Source of the DNA: an uncultured virus (IMG/VR IMGVR_UViG_2565956931_000003)
Taxonomy: Duplodnaviria > Heunggongvirae > Uroviricota > Caudoviricetes
DNA: 20,000 bases
Reading direction: 5' to 3' (one strand)
Virus record (IMG/VR): IMGVR_UViG_2565956931_000003
Coordinates: 58,742-78,741 of that record
Below are positions 8,535 through 15,150 of this stretch, one piece after another. Below the pieces are notes generated by a model that saw only the letters and a list, made by a program, of their open reading frames with translations, did no database searches and was not told the DNA's origin. Position numbers and translations under genes: made by a program. Numbering within the stretch: position 1 is the first letter of the stretch; each line of letters starts with the position of its first letter.

Positions 8535-9148
8535 TGATCAATCCTCCGAAAAGAAATACACCAAACCCAAGGGTTTTCATTCCAAGATTCTTTACCTTTT
8601 ATTGCTTCCCAATGTTTTTGAAAGTTAAGAACTGGGTTATGAGAATTATTGCTTTGCATAGTTGAATCAGTTTTAGGTTTATCAAAACCTTCAGCCTTAG
8701 CATCTACATCACTAATTTCATGTAAACGCTCAACACGGATATCAACTATTTCAAGCAAAACACGTGATGCTTTACGAGGCATACGAGAAGATGGCTTCCA
8801 TCTAACTGGATAACCCTTTCCCTTACAGTCGTAATAAGCAATTTCATTTGGGTTATCTGCTTTGTAGACAAATGACTCATGAGGAGTTCCACCTAAACTT
8901 CTAATTTTGGTGCCATACGTCTCTTGAACAAAAAGCTGGTCGCCAATTGCTCCAAAAGGACAAATTTTCTGAAAATAAGAAGATATTTGTGATTTAGAAT
9001 CTTCTAAACCAAAGAACTCTCCAAGATGTTCAGCTATATCAATTTTTTTTTGAACTTTACTCTTAATAATTCGGCGTGTTTGCGTCTTAGATCCATTTAA
9101 AATGGCCCTAACCATTTCTGAATTAAATAAAATTGGACGTACCGTCAT
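8531..9148 (-). CDS. ASCH/PUA-like phage protein
   Basis: RPILFNSEMVRAILNGSKTQTRR...WKPS..MPR.ASR..LEI..IRVERL..IS..DA.AEG...W..NPWVW.I.F family signature. Confidence 0.85.
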   Translation of the reverse strand: MTVRPILFNSEMVRAILNGSKTQTRRIIKSKVQKKIDIAEHLGEFFGLEDSKSQISSYFQKICPFGAIGDQLFVQETYGTKIRSLGGTPHESFVYKADNPNEIAYYDCKGKGYPVRWKPSSRMPRKASRVLLEIVDIRVERLHEISDVDAKAEGFDKPKTDSTMQSNNSHNPVLNFQKHWEAIKGKESWNENPWVWCISFRRIDQ

Positions 9149-9600
9149 GCTGCACCTTCCTGAGCTGGTTTATACAAGCTCACTTGTTCAGCAAAATTCC
9201 ATGCACGTTTACAGATATTATTTAAAGACGAGCGGCGTTCCTCTAACCATTGTTCACGCCATTTATTTTTCTCAGCTGGATCTTGAATTAAGTCATAAGC
9301 TTTATAGAAAGCAGTACGGTCAAGGTAAGAACCTAACAAAACACTGTTAAAGCTATTTACCAGGTCAAACTTTTCTTCATTTCGAACTTGAATATAAGTT
9401 TCTTTAAAATTCAACCCAAAATTAGAAACAAACCATTCGTCATGCCCACCAAAAATAAAGAATGGAACATCAAGGTCGTTTTCAATTCCTTTTGCAGAGT
9501 ATTGACCGTTTCCAAGTACACAAGTAACTAAAGCAGCAATTTTTAAATTTGGCGCTTCAAATGTACATTTATCACTAGGATTTATTAATTCAAAAATCAT
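9145..9600 (-). CDS. Phage hypothetical protein (151 aa)
   Basis: ORF track; ATGA overlaps. Confidence 0.8.
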   Translation of the reverse strand: MIFELINPSDKCTFEAPNLKIAALVTCVLGNGQYSAKGIENDLDVPFFIFGGHDEWFVSNFGLNFKETYIQVRNEEKFDLVNSFNSVLLGSYLDRTAFYKAYDLIQDPAEKNKWREQWLEERRSSLNNICKRAWNFAEQVSLYKPAQEGAA

Positions 9601-9782
9601 TGTTCAGTCCCTACCTCAAATCGTAAATCTAAGAAAGCTTGGTTCACTGGACCTACGTAGCGTGACCAGCCAAAGTTTTCTTGCCAAAACCACCAATTGT
9701 TCTGCTCGTCACGCTTCCACGGCGTTCCCTCAGAATCAGTGTGATTGGTTCCTAACGGCCAAACCTTTTTTTCTGAAGTCAT
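9597..9782 (-). CDS. Trp-rich small phage protein (61 aa)
   Basis: AGGAG RBS; ATGA overlaps. Confidence 0.75.
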   Translation of the reverse strand: MTSEKKVWPLGTNHTDSEGTPWKRDEQNNWWFWQENFGWSRYVGPVNQAFLDLRFEVGTEQ

Positions 9783-9979
9783 GAAATCTCCTTTTGTGCA
9801 TTGAATGCACGATCTAGAAATTTCTCTTCATCGGTTTGAGTGTTTACGATTTGATGCGGGGCATCTTGATTAATAAGACAAGTTGAGCACTGTTCTTCTT
9901 TAAAATCAGTGCATTTGCCTGAGCAGGGATGATTTGCTAAATTACTCACGTTCATTCTTCCAAGGGTTTGAACAGCCAT
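9779..9979 (-). CDS. Small Cys-containing phage protein (start at 9979 or 9955)
   Basis: CxxxC...CxxC; both ATGs have purine-rich upstream sequence (AGGA / GGAAG). Confidence 0.7.
   Translation of the reverse strand: MAVQTLGRMNVSNLANHPCSGKCTDFKEEQCSTCLINQDAPHQIVNTQTDEEKFLDRAFNAQKEIS
9915..9943 (+). promoter_or_regulatory. Antisense sigma70-like promoter
   Basis: TTGCCT (9915-9920), 17 bp spacer, TAAATT (9938-9943) with extended -10 TGn. Confidence 0.5.
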
Positions 9980-10015
9980 AGACCATTTCCTGTTGGCGCA
10001 GGGAGTGGTTTTTTA
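9950..10015 (+). ncRNA. Candidate OOP-like antisense RNA (~65 nt)
   Basis: Promoter above, 5' hairpin GUUCA...UGAAC, then terminator; antisense to the leftward operon just after the cII-position gene. Confidence 0.5.
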
Positions 10016-10018
10016 TTT
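9982..10018 (+). terminator. Intrinsic terminator on the antisense (+) strand
   Basis: ACCAUUUCCUG-UUGGCG-CAGGGAGUGGU then UUUUUAUUU; two G.U pairs valid only on +. Confidence 0.75.
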
Positions 10019-10387
10019 CCAGCTAAGTAGATCAAGCTGGACTGATTTATCACTAGCATTTGTATGCCGCGATTTTTCGGCCCGTAAAGGCACTAATTCG
10101 AAGGTATCTCTGGTATACCCGTTATCTTTTGACCCACAAAAAACATTTCTGAGAAACTGGTATTCGGATTCAGCTTCTGAGACTTTTCTAGTGCAAATGT
10201 TTTTAATTACCTCGAGAGAGCTTTTACCTGCCATCTCACCTTCTACTTCTGAAATCTTTTTCTTACACATAGAACGGATGAGATTAGATAAGGAATTCTT
10301 GCCTTCTAGTTTGGCAATCCATTCCATCTTTGCTTTTTCTTCTAAAGTTAATTTTGATGAAGCATTTGCTAAAAGTTTTTCAGCCAT
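10013..10387 (-). CDS. cII-position putative regulator (N-terminal ribbon-helix-helix-like)
   Basis: Directly after cro; SSKLTLEEKAKMEWIAKLEGKNSLSNLIR resembles RHH/CopG; GAGG RBS. Confidence 0.65.
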   Translation of the reverse strand: MAEKLLANASSKLTLEEKAKMEWIAKLEGKNSLSNLIRSMCKKKISEVEGEMAGKSSLEVIKNICTRKVSEAESEYQFLRNVFCGSKDNGYTRDTFELVPLRAEKSRHTNASDKSVQLDLLSWK

Positions 10388-10422
10388 ACATACCTCATTA
10401 CTTATTTCAAAAGTAAAACCAC

Positions 10423-10626
10423 TTAAGCTGTTTGAGATTGCATTTTTTCTTTTTCACGGTTTACGAACGCATCTAAAGCGATGCCTTTCTGATAACCCAC
10501 ACTTTTTTGAGTGTTCTTTAAAATTCTTGAAACAGAACTTTGCTCAATCCCCGTTTCATCACTTACTTCTTGTTGGGTGTAACCGCGAGTGACTGTCAAA
10601 AACAATATTTTTTCTTTAAGCGTCAT
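10423..10626 (-). CDS. cro: Cro-like HTH repressor
   Basis: 67 aa, YTQQEVSDETGIEQSSVSRIL HTH, divergent from cI. Confidence 0.85.
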   Translation of the reverse strand: MTLKEKILFLTVTRGYTQQEVSDETGIEQSSVSRILKNTQKSVGYQKGIALDAFVNREKEKMQSQTA

Positions 10627-10658
10627 GTTCAGCTCTTAATGCAGACCTAGTAATGCAA

Positions 10659-10729
10659 ATTATTATGCATATTTGCATTACAGTCAATGCAATTGTGAGT
10701 TATTTTCCACAAATTATGCGAATACGCAT
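10659..10729. promoter_or_regulatory. cro/cI operator-promoter region
   Basis: Palindromes ATGCATATTTGCAT (10665-10678) and ATGCGAATACGCAT (10716-10729), extra ATGCA half-sites; minus-strand TTGACT (10687-10682), 17 bp spacer, AATAAT (10664-10659) with the operator in the spacer. Confidence 0.75.
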
Positions 10730-10752
10730 AAAATAGGTTCGCGGAGTTAACG

Positions 10753-11526
10753 GTGAAATCTATGAATTACCTGAAATCGAATCTTGATTATTTGCTCACA
10801 AAGAATGAAACAAACCCTACTGATCTTGAGCAAAAGCACCCAGAGATTAAACAATCGACTGTATTCCGCATTTTGAACGGAATTACTAAAGATCCTAGAC
10901 GCTCTACATTAGAACCTATTGCTAAATGGGCAGGCGTAACTGTTAATGACTTATTTGATAAAGATTTATCTGTCTTAGAAAGAAATCAAAACGAACATAA
11001 TCCAGGTCCTGAGAATAATTTAATTTATGATACTGAGATCCATTTATACGAAGATGGCGACCCTGTTCCTGATGGTTATGTAGCTATTGATTTCTATAGT
11101 GAAATTAAGGTTAGTGCAGGAAGTGGTTACTTGAACATTGAACATCAAAGCCCTCATAAGTTCTTATTTCCAATTAATGAAATAAGAAGATATGACGTTA
11201 AACCTGATTGTGCGAAGGTACTAGTTGTAGATGGTGAAAGCATGATCCCGGATTTATATCCAGGGCAACGAATCTCAATTGATACATCTGCTAAAAGAAT
11301 CTTTGATGGTGAAATTTATGCCTTTTTGAAAGGTGATGAATTAAAAATCAAGATGTTATTTGAATGGAATGAACAAGGTAAAGGCGGCTTCAAGGCAGTA
11401 TCTCGTAATACAGACAAAGTTAAATATCCCGATGAATATTATTCACCAGCTCGCATTGAAGCAGAAAATGTACAAATCATTGGTCAATACTGGTGGAAAT
11501 CTGAAGGTCGCAAGGTGAGACGTTAA
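10753..11526 (+). CDS. cI: CI-like phage repressor (HTH plus S24 autopeptidase)
   Basis: N-terminal HTH (IKQSTVFRILNG..DPR), SAG cleavage site, VDGESM catalytic Ser, IKML catalytic Lys, IIG C-terminus. Confidence 0.93.
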   Translation: MKSMNYLKSNLDYLLTKNETNPTDLEQKHPEIKQSTVFRILNGITKDPRRSTLEPIAKWAGVTVNDLFDKDLSVLERNQNEHNPGPENNLIYDTEIHLYEDGDPVPDGYVAIDFYSEIKVSAGSGYLNIEHQSPHKFLFPINEIRRYDVKPDCAKVLVVDGESMIPDLYPGQRISIDTSAKRIFDGEIYAFLKGDELKIKMLFEWNEQGKGGFKAVSRNTDKVKYPDEYYSPARIEAENVQIIGQYWWKSEGRKVRR

Positions 11527-11529
11527 GTT

Positions 11530-11814
11530 ATGAAAAAAAATAAGGAAAATACGGCAGACTTAATTGGTAGACAAGCTTTTCTTACAACATTTGTCGAAGA
11601 GGTAGTAAGATCATCACCAGATATGGCTGCATCTATTCTAATGAATATAAAAGAACTCACTAATGAGCATCATCCCCTTGTAACACAAGCATTTACAATG
11701 GATCATTTTGAAAATCATGATATGGCTGGCAACGTTATTAAGAATGCTCTACATGGTTTTGACATGGAATTAGCAAGAATGCTTAAGCTAACCGTTGAAA
11801 ATTTAAAGATTTAG
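11530..11814 (+). CDS. Hypothetical protein co-transcribed with cI (94 aa)
   Basis: Starts 3 bp after the cI stop and precedes the shared terminator. Confidence 0.75.
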   Translation: MKKNKENTADLIGRQAFLTTFVEEVVRSSPDMAASILMNIKELTNEHHPLVTQAFTMDHFENHDMAGNVIKNALHGFDMELARMLKLTVENLKI

Positions 11815-11866
11815 TCTATTAAATTAGTAAATTAACTTTTTAAATTAATAGCTTAGCATCCAATTC

Positions 11867-11894
11867 AAAAAACCGCTCTAGTAGCGGTTTTTTT
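11867..11894. terminator. Bidirectional intrinsic terminator ending the cI operon
   Basis: AAAAAACCGCT-CTAGT-AGCGGTTTTTTT. Confidence 0.88.
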
Positions 11895-11922
11895 ATATCC
11901 AAAATTTCATAAGCAAAAAATA

Positions 11923-11974
11923 ATGCACATTTGCATAATGCAGTATTGCATTACGTTATGCACTTATGCATAAT
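11923..11974 (+). promoter_or_regulatory. Early (PL-like) promoter with three tandem operators
   Basis: ATGCACATTTGCAT (11923-11936), ATGCAGTATTGCAT (11938-11951), ATGCACTTATGCAT (11958-11971); TTGCAT (11946-11951), 17 bp spacer, CATAAT (11969-11974). Confidence 0.85.
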
Positions 11975-12008
11975 AATTTCACCAACACATCTAATGGTGA
12001 ATTAAAAG

Positions 12009-12341
12009 ATGACCAATTTACGTCCTACTGATTGCGAAGAATTCATAAATGACATAGATGGCGGAGCTTTTGCAAAACAACTTGGCTATGCAGTTAGCAA
12101 GGTTGCAAGTGCTGCTGTTGATACACAAAAAGTCGGCGAGATCACAATTAAATTAAAGTTCTCTAAAGGCGTTGGTCACAACAACGTTACTGTAGAGCAC
12201 AAACTAATTTCAAATGCCCCACTCCCAAAAGGTAAAAGTGTCGAAGAACACGGTGACAAAACACCTATGTATGTAAACACACGTGGTGATGTATCGCTTT
12301 TTGCTAAACACACTGACCAGCTTTTTGAAGAAAAAGCTTAA
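12009..12341 (+). CDS. YfdP-like phage protein
   Basis: F..DIDGGAF..QL..A.S.VA...G...EE....TPMYV...G..SL pattern, immediately upstream of the DUF2303 gene. Confidence 0.75.
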   Translation: MTNLRPTDCEEFINDIDGGAFAKQLGYAVSKVASAAVDTQKVGEITIKLKFSKGVGHNNVTVEHKLISNAPLPKGKSVEEHGDKTPMYVNTRGDVSLFAKHTDQLFEEKA

Positions 12342-12381
12342 TTTTTAAAAACTTTTTATCTCAACTAAAGGAAAGACCTTC

Positions 12382-13185
12382 ATGTCTGAAAAAATCGAAA
12401 TCGAAAAATTTTTAGGTTTAGCTAAACCTGTAATTCCACTTGAGCGTGGTCAGCTTGTAGCGTTGCATCATGACTATAGTGTTATAGCTGCTGAAAAATT
12501 TATGGATGCTCGCTTCCGTCCTCATGGTGAATTTACTACACCAACATTTAACGACTTTAAAGATTTTGTAGTTGCAGAAGGCGGTAAAAATACACCAATT
12601 TTTGTTAATCAAAATGACATGAAAGCTATTGCAGTTCTTAACTTCCATGGTGAAGGACAAGCCCAAGGCCATTGTGACTACTTAGCTTCTTTATGTTTAG
12701 AATCAACTGTTGTATGGAAAAAGTTGAATCAACTTAAAGACCATAAATTAGATCAACGCAACTTTGCTGTTTTCATTGAAGATTGGGCTCAAGTACTTAA
12801 TGCATTTGATGAAAATCATAATGTCATTGATATTAAAGATGCCCTTGTTGCAGTACGAAATATGCAAATTGAAGCATCGACTACTAGTAACGCTGAAGTA
12901 GAAAACACACGTCAGGTTCAATCTGAAATGGCCCAAATTGCAGCATCTGCTAAAAAAGGCGTATTACCGGCTTATTTCACCATCCAAGATTCAGCTTACT
13001 TAGGTCTTGCAGAACGAGAAATCAAATTACGTTTAATTGTGAATAGCTCTGGCAGCACACCTCAGTTTGCCATTCAAATTGTCAAAGAAGAGTTATTACG
13101 TAATGAAATTATTGAAGATTTCAAAGAAGAAGTAATAGCTTTACTTCCTGAAAACCCTGTACGAATTGGGTCATTTAAATCTTAA
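12382..13185 (+). CDS. yfdQ: DUF2303 (YfdQ-like) protein
   Basis: AVLNF...GH.D..A.L.L...QRNFAVFIEDW...YLGL..R....RL...IGSF pattern; AAGGA RBS. Confidence 0.8.
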   Translation: MSEKIEIEKFLGLAKPVIPLERGQLVALHHDYSVIAAEKFMDARFRPHGEFTTPTFNDFKDFVVAEGGKNTPIFVNQNDMKAIAVLNFHGEGQAQGHCDYLASLCLESTVVWKKLNQLKDHKLDQRNFAVFIEDWAQVLNAFDENHNVIDIKDALVAVRNMQIEASTTSNAEVENTRQVQSEMAQIAASAKKGVLPAYFTIQDSAYLGLAEREIKLRLIVNSSGSTPQFAIQIVKEELLRNEIIEDFKEEVIALLPENPVRIGSFKS

Positions 13186-13190
13186 GAAAT

Positions 13191-13273
13191 AAAAAAAGCC
13201 CTGAAAACTTTGGACGGCTATCGGGGCTTTTTTCAACCAATACTACATAAACGTCAAAAGGTGAATTCTCATG
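13191..13273. repeat. Structured leader repeat, copy 1 (terminator-like hairpin, RBS and ATG)
   Basis: A7-GCCCTGA-AAACTTTGGACGGCTA-TCGGGGC-T6, then ACCAATACT...ACGT..AAAGG..AATT...ATG. Confidence 0.85.
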
Positions 13274-13531
13274 GATCACTACAAAGACAAAGTTATAGAC
13301 GAACAAGGCTTGATTAGCGTTTCGGAGGCGTTACGAGCTATGGCTTGTGGTCGTGTTATTCAATGTTCAAGTAAAGACTTTCCAAATTGGAAGGACATGG
13401 AAATCACAAATATTAATGCGAAAAATTTAATTGATGAAGAGCGCATTAATAAAAACGGCTTGAAGTACAGATATAAACCTTCGCAAATGTCTGTAAATGC
13501 TGAGCTAACACAAATGAAAAAGCCTCAATGA
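13271..13531 (+). CDS. Phage hypothetical protein (86 aa)
   Basis: AAGG RBS; stop codon lies inside repeat copy 2. Confidence 0.75.
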   Translation: MDHYKDKVIDEQGLISVSEALRAMACGRVIQCSSKDFPNWKDMEITNINAKNLIDEERINKNGLKYRYKPSQMSVNAELTQMKKPQ

Positions 13532-13592
13532 CTTTGGACGGCTATCGAGGCTTTTTCTACCAATACTGTACGTATAAAGGCAAATTATTATG
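13517..13592. repeat. Structured leader repeat, copy 2
   Basis: A5-GCCTCAAT-GACTTTGGACGGCT-ATCGAGGC-T5, then ACCAATACT..ACGT..AAAGG..AATT...ATG; 17-bp core ACTTTGGACGGCTATCG identical to copy 1. Confidence 0.85.
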
Positions 13593-13616
13593 AATCAGAA
13601 ATATATAAACAGTCAA
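13587..13616 (-). promoter_or_regulatory. Antisense promoter embedded in the first codons of the 13590 gene
   Basis: TTGACT (13616-13611), 18 bp spacer, CATAAT (13592-13587), pointing at the copy-2 hairpin. Confidence 0.5.
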
Positions 13617-13919
13617 TCTGCCCCATCTACACCTATTTGTTTCGTGCCTGAACTTAGCGGGAATAAAACAAATAAACCAGCTACTTCTAAACTTTATCAG
13701 CATCCATCAGCAGAGGATCTAAAGTTTAAAAAAGATAGTAAATGGCCGTATGTTTTATGCTTCCTTATATTTAGTGCATTAGCTATTGCTTTCCTTTATG
13801 CATGTGATGCAGAGGCTCAAGTGCGTGAGCAGAAGACTCAACATTGGCAACAACAATTTAACTCAGGCGAACCTGTTGATGTTCAAGTACATGTAGTTAA
13901 ATTAGGTGGTGCACAATGA
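13590..13919 (+). CDS. Single-pass membrane phage protein (109 aa)
   Basis: Hydrophobic stretch WPYVLCFLIFSALAIAFLYAC. Confidence 0.78.
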   Translation: MNQKYINSQSAPSTPICFVPELSGNKTNKPATSKLYQHPSAEDLKFKKDSKWPYVLCFLIFSALAIAFLYACDAEAQVREQKTQHWQQQFNSGEPVDVQVHVVKLGGAQ

Positions 13920-14287
13920 GAACAAACTATTTACGAGGATCTAAACGTTACGAAAATAATCTGAATGGTCAAGTAAACCATAAATCAACTTTCCGTGAAT
14001 TCGTAGGGAAGGATGAAGAACGTGGTTTATACAAAGTCCGTCTTGGCTATACAGTTTATGCTGCAAATCACACTTTAACTCGTGTTTATACGGTTAATGA
14101 AAACAATGAATTAACTCCTGTTTCACAATATACATTAAATACAAACGAGTGGATTTTAAGAAATCTAGAAACCGAAATTAAATATCGTAGAGGACGTGAA
14201 TTAGGTCAAATTCTTCAAAAAACGCACATACCTTCCCCTGACCGAAAAGCTTACAAAATTAGTCGTGGTTTTCTTGGTACACGCTAG
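13916..14287 (+). CDS. Basic phage hypothetical protein (123 aa)
   Basis: ATGA overlap; ORF track. Confidence 0.78.
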   Translation: MRTNYLRGSKRYENNLNGQVNHKSTFREFVGKDEERGLYKVRLGYTVYAANHTLTRVYTVNENNELTPVSQYTLNTNEWILRNLETEIKYRRGRELGQILQKTHIPSPDRKAYKISRGFLGTR

Positions 14288-14299
14288 TTGGGGATATTT

Positions 14300-14443
14300 A
14301 TGTTAGTTATTAAATCTTTTCGTGTGATTTATGGTACTTGTCCAAGATGTACTAATGACAAATGCACTTTAGGTGTTAGTCATTCTGGCTCTGGTGCTCA
14401 ATGGGAATGTCACAACTGCGGCTTTTGTTGGCCTAACAGTTAA
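14300..14443 (+). CDS. 47-aa zinc-ribbon protein (not in ORF track)
   Basis: TTGGGGA RBS; MLVIKSFRVIYGTCPRCTNDKCTLGVSHSGSGAQWECHNCGFCWPNS with CPRC...CHNCG; fills the intergenic gap. Confidence 0.75.
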   Translation: MLVIKSFRVIYGTCPRCTNDKCTLGVSHSGSGAQWECHNCGFCWPNS

Positions 14444-14457
14444 ATGGTGCATGATCA

Positions 14458-15138
14458 ATGAAAGCAATTATTTTAGATACGGAAACCAACAAATTAAATG
14501 GTTATCCAATTGAAATCGCTTATGCGCCTTTTAGCTTAGAGAATGGTCAATTGTTAGTTCATAAAGATGAAGTTTTTAACCGTTTCTATTCTTGTCCTGA
14601 ACCGATTGATTTAGAAGCAATGGCTGTACACAACATCATTGAAGCGGATATTGAAGGTCAACCAAGTTGCGAATCGTTCCGGTTACCTGAAGGGGTTGAA
14701 TTCATTGTCGGTCACAATATTGATTACGACATCAAAGCTCTAAATAAATGTGGACCAGCAATTAAGGCAAAGACTATTTGTACTTTAGCTTTAGCAAGGG
14801 ACGTATGGCCTGATTTAACAAGTCATAAATTGGCTGTTCTGTACTATTTCGTAATGAGTAACCGTGAAGAAGCACGTAAGCATTTAAGACATGCACATTC
14901 AGCACGGGCGGATGTTTATTTTACTGGGATTATCCTAATAGCTCTAATTGAACGACTGGGAATTAAAGATTTGAACTCCTTATTTCTCATGTCTGAAGCT
15001 GTACGTTTACCCAAAATAATGACATGGGGTAAACACAAAGGAACGCCTCTTAAAGAATTACCGCGCCCATATATCTCATGGCTCCTGAATAAAGATGACC
15101 TTGACCCACATTTGCGTAAAGCGCTTCAAAATATTTAA
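14458..15138 (+). CDS. DEDDh 3'-5' exonuclease (ExoX-like) with DUF3820-like C-terminus
   Basis: LDTET, VGHNIDYD, AHSARADV motifs; MTWGKHKG..LKELP..YISWLL tail. Confidence 0.9.
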   Translation: MKAIILDTETNKLNGYPIEIAYAPFSLENGQLLVHKDEVFNRFYSCPEPIDLEAMAVHNIIEADIEGQPSCESFRLPEGVEFIVGHNIDYDIKALNKCGPAIKAKTICTLALARDVWPDLTSHKLAVLYYFVMSNREEARKHLRHAHSARADVYFTGIILIALIERLGIKDLNSLFLMSEAVRLPKIMTWGKHKGTPLKELPRPYISWLLNKDDLDPHLRKALQNI

Positions 15139-15150
15139 AGGTTAGCAACT

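Noticed and set aside
9993..10592. 199-aa plus-strand ORF
   Set aside because: Antisense shadow of cro and the cII-position gene; starts inside a terminator loop with no RBS and has implausible composition
11978..12001. TTCACCA...TGGTGAA hairpin covering the RBS of the first early gene
   Set aside because: The predicted TSS (~11981) falls inside the left arm, leaving too short a stem to support a regulatory claim
13191..13592. Repeats as a CRISPR array or attC sites
   Set aside because: Only two copies, a 324-bp period containing an ORF, no cas genes, no attC R''/R' boxes
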